Below, in pieces: positions 40,547 through 51,235 of a stretch of DNA of 64,000 nt. The stretch is from Leptolyngbyaceae cyanobacterium (GTDB lineage Bacteria > Cyanobacteriota > Cyanobacteriia > Phormidesmidales > Phormidesmidaceae): assembly GCA_965263355.1 (NCBI GenBank), contig CBDHHL010000056.1, positions 288,001 through 352,000 on the forward strand, given 5' to 3'. The notes beneath the pieces are model-generated. The model was not told where the DNA came from. It saw only the letters and a list, made by a program, of their open reading frames with translations, and did no database searches. Made by a program: the position numbers and the translations under genes. How positions within the stretch are numbered: position 1 is the stretch's first letter; each line of letters opens with the position of its first letter.

Positions 40547-43500
40547 ATGACAAAACAGCTGGGGCATACGTCTCCATTAGGGGCAGTTCACAACCTGGGC
40601 CATGGGGTACAGCACCGGTCGTTGGGGCCGTCATCATTAGCGATCTTAGATCTCAAAACGTTTTATCCCCATGGGTTTCCTAACGTTGCCTCTGAAAGCA
40701 CAAGTGCTTCAGAGAGTACAGTCGCTCGTAGTATAGATACGTCAGCCTCTTCTCAACAAGCTTCAACACCCAGCGTTAAGGAGTCTAAGTCTGCAACTGG
40801 TTCTGCAGGTCTAGGCTCATTTTTTCGTCGCAGTCTGCAGCGTTACTTTTCGCCAGGGTCAAGAGACCGTTCTGATGCTATCTCCCCTGCCTCCACTCAT
40901 CAGCCTGTTTCACAACAAGCCTCTCCAAACACAACATCCATACCAAACTTACAAGCAACTCCTGAAATAACGGTAACTACTAGTGACTCAATAGTAACTC
41001 CCACATCAGCAAGTGTTTCAACAGATAGTAATTCCTCTCATCAAGAGGTAAAACCCCCAACATCAGCTCAGCAACCGCCTACTGGGCTAAATTCAATCGA
41101 TATTAACCAATCTATTCAGAGTCTGCAAGAACAGTCTCCGATTCAACGAACTTCGGATAACTCAACCGGCTTAGGGTCCCATGACTCCAGTCAAACTGAT
41201 ATAGCGCAACAGTCTGCACGTAATCTGGCAGCCCCCCCCTTAAATACTCCCAATGCTATTCCGTCTACCTCTAATCAGGCTGACCTAATTCAAAGAAGAA
41301 TTGAGCCATCTCAATTATCAGACTCAAACTCTGCTGCAAGCTTAGGGAAGCCTACAGAAAGTATTCAGATATCGGCTAATAAAAGTCTTTCTGACACTGG
41401 ATCTATACAACATTCGAGCGATATTCAATCAGTTGTCAATTCGACTGCAGCAGTGCAACGGACAACTGATTCACTTCAGTCTCTTGAATCGTTGGCTGAA
41501 TCACCTCAAGTAGATCTCGTTCAGACTAACACGAATGAGCCGACAAACAATATTCATCCCGTTCCCAGCTCAGAAGAATCAGTTCAACGGGCAGCAGACT
41601 CTACTGATTTAACTTCATCAGTTCCCCATGAATCACATCAGATAAACACGGCTCAAGCTAATCAATTTAGTCAAAAAAATAGACCTCAGCCATCGGCGGA
41701 TTCTCTTTCTGAAACCGAGGGCATTCAACAATCGAGTAATAGTCAAACCGCTTTTAACTCAGGAGATATCGTTCAAAGAGCAGCTGAGTTACCCCAATCA
41801 ACAAGCTTATCTAGTGACGTAGGCCAACCACAAACACCTCAGTCTGTTGAACTTGATCAAACACATAGAGCACCGACTTCTAATAGAGAAAACGTCGTTC
41901 AAAGGACGGCTGAGTTAACCCAACCAACCAACACATCTAATAAGGTAGGCCAAACCGAAACGCCTCAGTCTGTTGAATTTTCTCAAATAGATACAATTCA
42001 GGTATCGACTAATCCCTTTTCTGACACTGAGACGCCTCAAAATTTGGGCAATGTTCAACCAATTACTTACTCAGTAGACACGGTTCAACGAGTTTCTGAT
42101 GATATATCTGAAAGAATTGAGGCAAATAGCCCATCCTACCCTGACACGACATCAACAACGAATACTCACGGCACCCTTCAACGAGTAACAAATGTCACAG
42201 ATGACTCACAAATCATCGAACCTGATAATGCGCCGTCTGTTCAACAATTACCCTCTGAACTAGCGACAACCGATATTATCGATACTGATGTCTCAGGCCC
42301 GAGTCAATCTCCGTTTAGCCCGCCTGAGTCCATTCAACGGGTAACCGAGGTCCCTCAGCGAGCAAACTCAGGTTCTGACGAAGTTAGGTCAGCCAATACA
42401 GCTCAACTATTACCTGATGGTTCTAACGCGAATAAGCCTACAAACAATATCCACCCCATTCCCAGCTCAGGAGAAGCAGTTCAACGGGCAGCAGACTTTA
42501 CTGATTTAACCCCGTCAATTTCCCATGAAGCACATCAGATAGGCACGACTCAGAGCAATCAATTTAGTCAAACAAATAGACCTCAGCCATCAGCCAATTC
42601 TTTTTCTGAAACTGAGGGTATTCAACAATCGAGTGAGGGTGAAACTGCTTTTAACTCAGAAAATATTGTTCAAAGAACAGCTGAGGTACCCCAATCAACA
42701 AACAGGTCTAATCAAGTAAGCGAAACAGAAACACCTCAGGCTATTGAATTTACTCAAAAAAACACACCTCAACAATCCGCCAATTCCCTTGCTAAAACTG
42801 AGGGCATTCAAAAGTCAAGTGAGGTTCAAACTGCCTTTGACCCAGGCAAAATTATTCAGAGGACAGCTGAGGTACCCCAGTCAACGAGTATATCTAATAA
42901 AGTAGGCCAGCCAGAAACACCTCAGGCTGTTGACTTTGCTCAAACAGATATGCCTCAGGTATCGACTAATCCGTTTTTTGAAAGTGAGATTCTTCAAAAA
43001 TCGAACAATGATCAACCGATTACTCACTCAGTAGACGCGGTTCAACGAGTTGCTGATATATCTGGAAAAATTGAGGCCAATAGCACATCTTCCCCTGACA
43101 CGACATCAACAACAAATACTCAAAGCACTCTTCAACGAGTAACAGATGTCATAGGCAGTTCACAAATCATCACCCCTGATAATGCGTCGTCAGTTCAACA
43201 ATTCCCCTCCGAATTAGCCACAACCGATATTCCCCGTACTGATATCTCAGCCCCAAGTCAATCTTCATTTAGCCCGGCTGAGTCCATTCAACGGGTAACC
43301 GAAGTCTCGCAGCTATCAAACTCAGGTTCTGACGAATCCAGGGCAGCTAATACAGCTCAATTATTACCTGATTTTTCTACCGCGAATGAGCCTACAACCA
43401 ATCTTCAACCCATTTCCAGCTCAGAAGAATCAGTTCAACGGACAACTTACTTTACTGACTTAACGTCATCAGTGCCCTATGGAGCATATCAGATAGACAC

Positions 43501-46500
43501 AGCTCAGGCTAGTCAATTTAGTCAAACAAATATACCTCAGTCATCAGCAAATTCTTTTTCTGAACCTGAGGATATTCAACAACCGAGTGATGGTCAAACC
43601 GTTTTTAACTCAGGAGAAATTATTCAAAGGACGGCTGAATCAACTCAGTCAACACCTGAGGATATTCAACAATCGAGTGATGGTCAAACCGTTTTCAACT
43701 CAGGAGAAATTATTCAAAGGACGGCTGAATTAACCCAGTCAACAAGTACGTCTAATGAAATAGGCCAAACAGACACACCTCAGGCTAATCAATTTGCTCA
43801 AACAAATACAGCTCAGCGATCCGCTAACTCCCGTGCCAAAACTGAAGGTATTCAACAATCGCGTGATGGTCAAACAACGTCTAACGTAGAAAACGTCGTT
43901 CAAAGGACAGCTGAGTTAACCCAGCTAACAAACACGTCTAATGAAATAGGCCACACAGACACACCTCAATTATCGACTAATCCTTTTTCTGAAAGTAAGC
44001 CCCTTCAAAATCCTAACAATGTTCAGCCGATTACTCACTCAATAGACGCGGTTCAACGAGTACCCGATACTCACAGCACTCTCCAACGAGTAACGGATGT
44101 CACAGATAATCCAAAAATTATTGAACCTGATAATGCGCCGTCAGTTCAACAATTATCGTCCGAATTAGCTACAACCGATATTACCCATACTGATGTCTTA
44201 GCCCCGAGTCAATTTAGTCAAACAACTATACCTCAGCCATCAGCAAATTCTCTTTCCAAAACTGAGGAAATTCAAAAGTCAAGCGATGGTCAAACCGATT
44301 TTAACTCAGGAGATATCGTTCAAAGGACGGTTGAATTAACCCAATCAACAAGCACGTTTAATGAAGTAAACCAACCAGAACTACTTCAAGCTAGTCAATT
44401 TGCTCAAACAAATATAGTTCAGCAATCCGCCAACTCTCTTGCTAAAACTGAGAATATTCAAAAATCGAGTGGGGTTCAAACGACGTCTAACGTAGAAAAC
44501 GCCGTTCAAAGGATAGCTGAGTTACCCCAGCCAACAAACACGTCTAACGCAGTAGATAAAACTGAAACGCCTCAGTCTGTTGAATTTGATCTCACACACA
44601 CAGCTCAATCATTAACTAATTCTGTTTCTGAAAGTGGACCTCTTCAAAAATCGAACAATGTTCAACCGATTACTCACTCAGTAAACACGGTTCAACGAGT
44701 TGCTAATGTGTCTGAAGTAATTGAAGCTGATAGTCCCTCCTACGCTGACGCGACATCAACAACGAATACTCATAGTCCGCTTCAACGAGTAACGGATGTC
44801 ACAGATAATCCACAACCCATAGAATCCGATAATGCTCTGTCAGCTCAACAATTATCCTCCGACTTAACCACAACTGATATTCCCCACACTCAAACTGATA
44901 CGCTAATCTCCCGCACTTCGAATCAACCAATCATTACTCATCCGTCCCATGATAATGTCTTAAACGCTTCGTTAACCGATGTCTCATTTCCGAGTCAGTC
45001 TCCGTTTAACCTATCTGAGTCAATTCAACGTGACGTCGACGCCTCTCAGCTATCAAACTCAGGTTCTGACGAATCTAGGGCAGCTAAGACAGTTCAACCA
45101 TTATCTGATTTTTCTACCGCGAATGAGCCCACAACCGATATTCAATCCGTTTTTAGCTCAGGGGAATCAGTTCAACGGGCAACAGACTTTACTGATTTAA
45201 CTCCGTCAATTTCTCATGAGTCTTATCAGATAGGCACGACTCAGACTAATCAATTTAGTCAAACAACTATACCTCAGCCATCAGAAAATTCTCTTTCTGG
45301 AACTAAGAGCATTCAAAAGTCGATTGACGATCAAACCGCTTTTAACTCAGGAGATATCGTTCAAAGGATAGCTGAGTTACCCCAATCAACGAGCACATCT
45401 AATAAAGTAAGCCAAATAGACGCACCTCAGTCTGTTGACTTTACTCAAACAAATACAACTCCGCTCCCCGTTAGCTCCCCTGCTAAAACTAAGAAAATTC
45501 AGAAGTCAAGTGAGGTTCAAACTGCCCCTGACTCAGGTGAAATCATTCAGAGGACAGCTGAGTTACCCCAGCCAACGAGCACATCTAATAGAGTAGGTCA
45601 ACCAGAAACGCCTCAGTCTGCTGAATTTACTCAAACACACATACCTCAGTTATCGACTAATCCTGTTTCTGAGAGTGAAACTCTTCAAAGTTCGAACAAT
45701 GTTCAACCGATTACTCACTCAAGAGACAGGGTTCAACGAGTCACTGATGTGTCTGGAGCCGTTAAGGCGGATAGCCCATCTTACACTGACACGACATCAA
45801 CAACGAATACTCATAGCACGCTTCAACGAGTAACAGATGTCACAGATAATCCACAAATTATTGAATCCGATAACGCTCCGCCAGAACAACAATTACCTTC
45901 TAACTCAGCCACAAACGATATTCCCCGTACTGATGTCTTAGTCCCGAATCAAACGCCATTTAAACCACCTGAGTCAATTCAACGGGTAACTGCAACCTCT
46001 CAGCTATCAAACTCAGGTTCTGACGAATTTGGGGCAGCTAATGCCGCTCAACTATCGCCTGATGGTCCTACCGAAGAAGCAGTGCAACGGGTAGCAAACT
46101 TAACTGACTTAGTTTCACCAGTTTCCTATGAGTCTTATCAAATAGGCACGACTCAGGCTAATCAATTTACTCAAACAAACATACCTCAGCCATCAGCGAA
46201 TTCTCTTTCTAAAGCTGAGGATATTCAAAAGTCGAGTCAAGGGCAAGTTTCCTCTACCTCAGGAGAAATCGTGCAAAGGATGGCTGAGTCCATCCAGTCA
46301 ACAAATACGTCTGATGAATTAGACCAAACAGAACTACCTCAGATTCCTGAATCGATACAAACACACACAACTCAGTTATCGACTAACTCTGTTTCTGAAA
46401 GTTATCTTCAATCAGCCACTCACTCAGTAGAGATCGTTCAAAAGACAGCTGAGTTAACCCAATCAACGAATATACCCAATAAAGTAAGCCAACCAGAAAC

Positions 46501-48037
46501 GTCTCAGTCTGTTGAATTTTCCCAAACAGATATCGCAGATGAGCCACAAATCATTGAACCTGATAACCACATTCCGTCAGCTCAGCAATTACCCTCCAAA
46601 TTAGCCACAACCGATGTTCCTTATAACGATGTCTTAGTCCCAATTCAATCTCAGTTTAGCCCGACCGAGTCCATTCAATGGGTAACCGAAGCCTCTCAGC
46701 TATCGAATTCAGGTTCTGATCAATTTGGGGCAGCTAATGCCCCTCAACTATTACCTGATGGTTCTAACGCGAATGAGTCTACAAACAACATTCACCCCAT
46801 TCCCAGCGCAGACGAATCAGTTCAACGGGCAGCAGACTTTACTGATTTAACTCCGTCAATTTCTCATGAGTCCTATCAGATAGATACAACTCAGGCTAAT
46901 CAATTTAGTCAAACAAATATACCTCAGCCATCAGCGAATTCTTTTTCTGAAACTAAGATTATTCAAACATCGAGTGAGGTTCAATCCACCTTTAACCCAG
47001 TAGACATTGTTCAAAATGCTTCTAACTCAGCTGAGCTAGTTCAATCGACAGCCGAGTCAACAACATCAATCTCAATTGAGACCGATCAGCCAACTACATT
47101 AGTTTCCAACCAGCCAGATATCGTTCGGCTTAACAATGTGGCTGAGAGCGAGGCTATACAAAAATTAAGTGATAGCCAATCTGTTTCTGGCCCAACACAC
47201 TTAGCAAGACCAGTACAACGTTCATCGGATTCAACTCATACGGACATATTAGGCCTTTCCATCAGCAAACCGCTGCCGAGGGTACTCAGATCGCTAAGTG
47301 TGTTGAAACCATTACCCTCATTGCAGGGCAAGGGCTTAAAACTCGGTGAGCAAGTAGCTTCAGAATCCACCCCCTCACAACCAACCATTCAACGTCAAGA
47401 ATCCGACCACATTCCAAAAGCATGGTCTAATCTAGAATCATTAGTTGCAGGTCTAACGGGTAGCAACTCACAGAGCGTATCGACGTCTGAGAAATCCACA
47501 AGCATTGATTCAGATACTGTTACACCACCGTCAGATACCAGTTCGGTCAACATTCAACGCCAGCCTTCTGACGTTAATAATGACTCTGCACGGTTGTCAA
47601 ACAGTTCTAGCTCGACCACCCAGTCTAATTTAGAAGACTTAACTACCCATTTGCCAAACAATTCATTCGAGCATGACTCTACAACGTCACAACCGGCTCC
47701 AGAGTCCAATCATTCTCAGCAATCCACTCAACGCTCCCCTGTCTCGAAGGCACCGCCAACTCCCCAGCAAGCATCTCACACTGTCAAAGTTGCTAAACCA
47801 GCTACAGTCACAGTTCAACGCCAGGTAGCAAGCTCAGTATCCACAACAAAACCAACGATCATTCAAGCTTGTAAAGACACCTCACCTAGCACTGATTCTG
47901 CTGAGGCTGATGAACAAACAGATGACAATCATAACTATAGTCAGTATCTAGAGCTATTAGCCCAGGAAGTCTATAGCCTCTTACGACAGCGACTCTCTCT
48001 GGAACAAGAACGACGAGGGTCTAAATACCCTAGATAG
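40547..48037 (+). CDS. Giant S/T/Q/P-rich repeat protein, candidate tape measure or lumenal protein
   Basis: 2496 aa; about 40 [VIL]QR motifs by manual count; C-terminal LELLAQEVYSLLRQRLSLEQERRG; lies between tube and tube-initiator genes. Confidence 0.75.
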   Translation: MTKQLGHTSPLGAVHNLGHGVQHRSLGPSSLAILDLKTFYPHGFPNVASESTSASESTVARSIDTSASSQQASTPSVKESKSATGSAGLGSFFRRSLQRYFSPGSRDRSDAISPASTHQPVSQQASPNTTSIPNLQATPEITVTTSDSIVTPTSASVSTDSNSSHQEVKPPTSAQQPPTGLNSIDINQSIQSLQEQSPIQRTSDNSTGLGSHDSSQTDIAQQSARNLAAPPLNTPNAIPSTSNQADLIQRRIEPSQLSDSNSAASLGKPTESIQISANKSLSDTGSIQHSSDIQSVVNSTAAVQRTTDSLQSLESLAESPQVDLVQTNTNEPTNNIHPVPSSEESVQRAADSTDLTSSVPHESHQINTAQANQFSQKNRPQPSADSLSETEGIQQSSNSQTAFNSGDIVQRAAELPQSTSLSSDVGQPQTPQSVELDQTHRAPTSNRENVVQRTAELTQPTNTSNKVGQTETPQSVEFSQIDTIQVSTNPFSDTETPQNLGNVQPITYSVDTVQRVSDDISERIEANSPSYPDTTSTTNTHGTLQRVTNVTDDSQIIEPDNAPSVQQLPSELATTDIIDTDVSGPSQSPFSPPESIQRVTEVPQRANSGSDEVRSANTAQLLPDGSNANKPTNNIHPIPSSGEAVQRAADFTDLTPSISHEAHQIGTTQSNQFSQTNRPQPSANSFSETEGIQQSSEGETAFNSENIVQRTAEVPQSTNRSNQVSETETPQAIEFTQKNTPQQSANSLAKTEGIQKSSEVQTAFDPGKIIQRTAEVPQSTSISNKVGQPETPQAVDFAQTDMPQVSTNPFFESEILQKSNNDQPITHSVDAVQRVADISGKIEANSTSSPDTTSTTNTQSTLQRVTDVIGSSQIITPDNASSVQQFPSELATTDIPRTDISAPSQSSFSPAESIQRVTEVSQLSNSGSDESRAANTAQLLPDFSTANEPTTNLQPISSSEESVQRTTYFTDLTSSVPYGAYQIDTAQASQFSQTNIPQSSANSFSEPEDIQQPSDGQTVFNSGEIIQRTAESTQSTPEDIQQSSDGQTVFNSGEIIQRTAELTQSTSTSNEIGQTDTPQANQFAQTNTAQRSANSRAKTEGIQQSRDGQTTSNVENVVQRTAELTQLTNTSNEIGHTDTPQLSTNPFSESKPLQNPNNVQPITHSIDAVQRVPDTHSTLQRVTDVTDNPKIIEPDNAPSVQQLSSELATTDITHTDVLAPSQFSQTTIPQPSANSLSKTEEIQKSSDGQTDFNSGDIVQRTVELTQSTSTFNEVNQPELLQASQFAQTNIVQQSANSLAKTENIQKSSGVQTTSNVENAVQRIAELPQPTNTSNAVDKTETPQSVEFDLTHTAQSLTNSVSESGPLQKSNNVQPITHSVNTVQRVANVSEVIEADSPSYADATSTTNTHSPLQRVTDVTDNPQPIESDNALSAQQLSSDLTTTDIPHTQTDTLISRTSNQPIITHPSHDNVLNASLTDVSFPSQSPFNLSESIQRDVDASQLSNSGSDESRAAKTVQPLSDFSTANEPTTDIQSVFSSGESVQRATDFTDLTPSISHESYQIGTTQTNQFSQTTIPQPSENSLSGTKSIQKSIDDQTAFNSGDIVQRIAELPQSTSTSNKVSQIDAPQSVDFTQTNTTPLPVSSPAKTKKIQKSSEVQTAPDSGEIIQRTAELPQPTSTSNRVGQPETPQSAEFTQTHIPQLSTNPVSESETLQSSNNVQPITHSRDRVQRVTDVSGAVKADSPSYTDTTSTTNTHSTLQRVTDVTDNPQIIESDNAPPEQQLPSNSATNDIPRTDVLVPNQTPFKPPESIQRVTATSQLSNSGSDEFGAANAAQLSPDGPTEEAVQRVANLTDLVSPVSYESYQIGTTQANQFTQTNIPQPSANSLSKAEDIQKSSQGQVSSTSGEIVQRMAESIQSTNTSDELDQTELPQIPESIQTHTTQLSTNSVSESYLQSATHSVEIVQKTAELTQSTNIPNKVSQPETSQSVEFSQTDIADEPQIIEPDNHIPSAQQLPSKLATTDVPYNDVLVPIQSQFSPTESIQWVTEASQLSNSGSDQFGAANAPQLLPDGSNANESTNNIHPIPSADESVQRAADFTDLTPSISHESYQIDTTQANQFSQTNIPQPSANSFSETKIIQTSSEVQSTFNPVDIVQNASNSAELVQSTAESTTSISIETDQPTTLVSNQPDIVRLNNVAESEAIQKLSDSQSVSGPTHLARPVQRSSDSTHTDILGLSISKPLPRVLRSLSVLKPLPSLQGKGLKLGEQVASESTPSQPTIQRQESDHIPKAWSNLESLVAGLTGSNSQSVSTSEKSTSIDSDTVTPPSDTSSVNIQRQPSDVNNDSARLSNSSSSTTQSNLEDLTTHLPNNSFEHDSTTSQPAPESNHSQQSTQRSPVSKAPPTPQQASHTVKVAKPATVTVQRQVASSVSTTKPTIIQACKDTSPSTDSAEADEQTDDNHNYSQYLELLAQEVYSLLRQRLSLEQERRGSKYPR

Positions 48038-48090
48038 CCTTAATTAAATTCTAAAAAAACTGTCAGTCCAACGAATTATCCAATAGATCC

Positions 48091-48576
48091 ATGAGCACAT
48101 TTGTTAAAGCTAAACTTATTGCCCAAGGAGGCGGTAGCAACATCGAGTTTATGTTTAACCCAACTGAGTTGAGTTTTAGTCGAAAGATGAATCTCAACTC
48201 CTGTGGTGGAGCCCGAACAGATGATGGTGTTCCAAAGGTTAGCTTTGGGTCACCAGAACCTTACAGTATCACCGTTGGTGGCTTGGTTTTTGACACGTAC
48301 GAAACGGGCGAGAATGTTCTCGATAAGCATATCGAATATTTTCGACAGGCCGTCGAGTTTTTAGATAGCCAAGAACGTCCACCCATGTATATCTTTACCT
48401 GGGGCAAGCAAGAATACTTACGGTGCTTTGTACAGTCACTTTCCTATAAGCTCACCATGTTTTTGCCGGATGGTACACCTGTGCGAGCAACGGTAGATAT
48501 CACCTTGCAAGAAATCGGTGAGACCAGCGGTTCGGGTAATACAGGGACGCCCAGTCGAGGAAGTAGTAGTCGATAG
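48091..48576 (+). CDS. CIS tube initiator (Afp7-like N-domain, no LysM)
   Basis: FMFNPTEL, LVFDTYE, RPP..FTWG, TMFLPDGTPVRA. Confidence 0.9.
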   Translation: MSTFVKAKLIAQGGGSNIEFMFNPTELSFSRKMNLNSCGGARTDDGVPKVSFGSPEPYSITVGGLVFDTYETGENVLDKHIEYFRQAVEFLDSQERPPMYIFTWGKQEYLRCFVQSLSYKLTMFLPDGTPVRATVDITLQEIGETSGSGNTGTPSRGSSSR

Positions 48577-48742
48577 CTAGAAGAGTAGGAGCTGGCCTTG
48601 TATTTACACCATAATTTGGGTGTAAACATGGCGTAAAAATACGGAAAAGTAATTTTTCTAATTTCCATAACCTGGTAATTACCGCCATGTTTTCAAACAC
48701 CATACTGATTAAAATCAAGTTTGATTTGTAAGAAGTTTCTTT

Positions 48743-50752
48743 ATGGCTGCCACCAAGTTTGTCGCGACGCCTACCCTGAAGATCGACGGCAAAGCTGCCT
48801 CTAGTGAATTAATAGAGGATATTTTACAGATAGTGGTGGAAGAAAGCTTACATCTGCCAGGCATGTTTACTCTAGTAATTCAAAATGATTACTATGCTGG
48901 CGAAGAGAATCATCAAGTTTGGAAGCACGAGAAGCTATTTGAGATTGGTAAATCGATAGAAATTGGCTTCGCAGCCAGTACAACTGAGTCAGATGAGTTT
49001 GATGAAGAAAATAAAGGTAATGTGATTAAGGGTGATATCACAGCGATTGAAACTCATTTTACCAGTGAAGCCCAGGCTCCAATTATCATTCGCGGTTATG
49101 ATGCCTCCCATCGATTACACCGAGGCCGTCATAGTCGCTCATTTCAAAATAAAACTGATGCCGATATTGTTAAATCTATTGCCTCAGAGGTGGGTATTTC
49201 CATCGGTAAAGTAGATTCGACCGGTGGCCCCTATGGTTATGGAGATATTGGGGGGTCTAGTGGTTATGTGTTTCAACAAAACCAGACCAATATGGAGTTT
49301 TTGCGAGAACGAGCTGCTCGCCATGGCTTTGAACTCTTTGTTCAAGATGGCAAGCTTAACTTTCGTCAACCAACCAAAGACAGCACCCTGTCTCTAGAGT
49401 GGCTACAGGATATCCACAGCTTTCGGGTGCGGGTGAGTAGTGCCGATCAGGTGAAAAGTGTAGAGGTGCGTGGCTGGGACTATAGTCGCAAAGAGGTTAT
49501 TGCCGAAACAATTAGCAAAGCGAAACAAGTTCTGACCGATACGGATAATGGCGATGGCAGTAAGACCGTCAGTGTTTTTGACGGTAAGCCAAAAACACCG
49601 ACCCTGGTGATGGTGGACCAACCAATTTCCCAGGCGAAAGAGGCCCAAGCCATGGCACAGGCTCTTTATGACGAAGTGGGTGGCGAGTTTGTTCAAGCAG
49701 ACGCCCGCAGTGAGGGAGACCCGTCTATCCGTCCGGGACGGGTGGTGAAGCTAACGGGTATGGGTAGCTATAGCGGCAGCTACTATGTCACTGAAACTCG
49801 CCATGTATTGCATGAGCGCATCTATAGAACTGAATTTTCGGTGCGGGGACTGCGCGGGGGCGATTTACTGCAAACATTAGAGAGTAAGAATACTTTGCAG
49901 CCAGGACAAACCCTAATGGTAGGGATTGTTGCTGATAATCAAGATCCGAAAGGTTGGGGGCGGGTGCGGGTAAAACTGCCCACCTTAACGGAAGAGCACA
50001 TGAGTAATTGGGCACGGGTAGTATCCGTAGGGGCAGGACCAACCCGAGGTGTGGACTGGCTGCCTGAAATTAATGATGAAGTACTGGTGGCCTTTGAACA
50101 TGGAGATATTCATCGGCCTTATATTTTAGGTGGGGTATGGAATGGTAAGGATGCTCCACCGGAAAAAATAGAGGAGACAATCGTCAATGGCAAGGTGCGT
50201 TTGAGAACATTGAAGACTCGGTTGGGCCATACGCTGCAATTTGTGGAAGAAGACAAGGGGGATAGTAAGAAGGGGGTTTATTTAACAACCGTCGATAAGC
50301 ATCAGCTGCATCTGAATGATACTGAAAAGTATGCGGAGCTAAAGACTAAGGATGGTCATCAACTGATGTTGGATGACAAAAATAAGAAGATTGATCTAAA
50401 AACTAAGGGTGGTCATCAGATCTCGATGGATGACAGTGGGAAAAAGGTGGATATTATTTCTACTGGCAGTTTGAATGCGAAATCAGGGAAAAGCGGCAAA
50501 AGCGAGAAAATTAATATTAATGGTGGTGAGATCACGCTGACAGGGACAACAAAAATTACGCTGAAAGTGGGCAGTAGCCAAATTGTTTTGAGTAATGCCG
50601 GCGTGAATATTTCGGGAACACAGGTGAATGTGAAGGCCAATGCCACGGCAAAAATGGAAGGCGCAATGGTGGATGTAAAGGGACAGGCGACGGTAAATGT
50701 GCAGTGTTCGGGGATGACAAAAGTAGCGGGAAGCTTGTTAAAGCTAAATTAA
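48743..50752 (+). CDS. vgrG: VgrG-like hub/spike protein
   Basis: gp27-like N-terminus (QTNMEFLRERA), OB-fold DPKGWGRVRV...LPEINDEVLVAFEHGD and beta-helix repeats. Confidence 0.95.
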   Translation: MAATKFVATPTLKIDGKAASSELIEDILQIVVEESLHLPGMFTLVIQNDYYAGEENHQVWKHEKLFEIGKSIEIGFAASTTESDEFDEENKGNVIKGDITAIETHFTSEAQAPIIIRGYDASHRLHRGRHSRSFQNKTDADIVKSIASEVGISIGKVDSTGGPYGYGDIGGSSGYVFQQNQTNMEFLRERAARHGFELFVQDGKLNFRQPTKDSTLSLEWLQDIHSFRVRVSSADQVKSVEVRGWDYSRKEVIAETISKAKQVLTDTDNGDGSKTVSVFDGKPKTPTLVMVDQPISQAKEAQAMAQALYDEVGGEFVQADARSEGDPSIRPGRVVKLTGMGSYSGSYYVTETRHVLHERIYRTEFSVRGLRGGDLLQTLESKNTLQPGQTLMVGIVADNQDPKGWGRVRVKLPTLTEEHMSNWARVVSVGAGPTRGVDWLPEINDEVLVAFEHGDIHRPYILGGVWNGKDAPPEKIEETIVNGKVRLRTLKTRLGHTLQFVEEDKGDSKKGVYLTTVDKHQLHLNDTEKYAELKTKDGHQLMLDDKNKKIDLKTKGGHQISMDDSGKKVDIISTGSLNAKSGKSGKSEKININGGEITLTGTTKITLKVGSSQIVLSNAGVNISGTQVNVKANATAKMEGAMVDVKGQATVNVQCSGMTKVAGSLLKLN

Positions 50753-50764
50753 CGGAGATAAATC

Positions 50765-51157
50765 ATGGGAATGCAAGTTGTCGCTGGGGCCATGCTTAAA
50801 TGTCCTTTTGGTGTTGCCCCCAGTGTCTTAAACGTTTTACCAAAAGGCCCACCCGTTATGGCATCTGGTCCCCTAGCTGCCACCATTATGGACTATGCGC
50901 CCGTCGTCAATATTCCGCCGTTTGGCATGTGTAGTTCTTTAGCAAATCCCACCGTTGCCAGTGCTACGGCGGCGGCCTTAGGGGTACTTACCCCCATGCC
51001 CTGTTTACCGGTTATTCCAGCCCCCTGGGCACCCGGTTCACCCACTGTACACATTAACAACTTTCCAGCGCTTAATAACAGTTCAAAATGTATGTGTACT
51101 TGGGGCGGTGTGATCACAATTGTTAACCCTGGTCAGTTTACGGTTCAGATTCCATAA
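50765..51157 (+). CDS. DUF4280 PAAR-like spike tip
   Basis: GAMLKCPFG, NIPPFGMCSS, PCLP..PW, CTWGGVI. Confidence 0.92.
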   Translation: MGMQVVAGAMLKCPFGVAPSVLNVLPKGPPVMASGPLAATIMDYAPVVNIPPFGMCSSLANPTVASATAAALGVLTPMPCLPVIPAPWAPGSPTVHINNFPALNNSSKCMCTWGGVITIVNPGQFTVQIP

Positions 51158-51235
51158 CTAATTTTCCTGCTAATACCCATCACTAACGGGGCACTCTCAA
51201 TGAGTAACAACTCTCGTTAATCTTATGGGTCCATA

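Noticed and set aside
40547..48037. CRISPR array or non-coding repeat
   Set aside because: The repeats are long, degenerate and in frame within one open reading frame, with no repeat-spacer pattern
21261..51157. Prophage or classical T6SS
   Set aside because: No capsid, portal, terminase or lysis genes and no TssJ/L/M, TssB/C or ClpV; DUF4255 and the Afp15-like ATPase indicate a CIS
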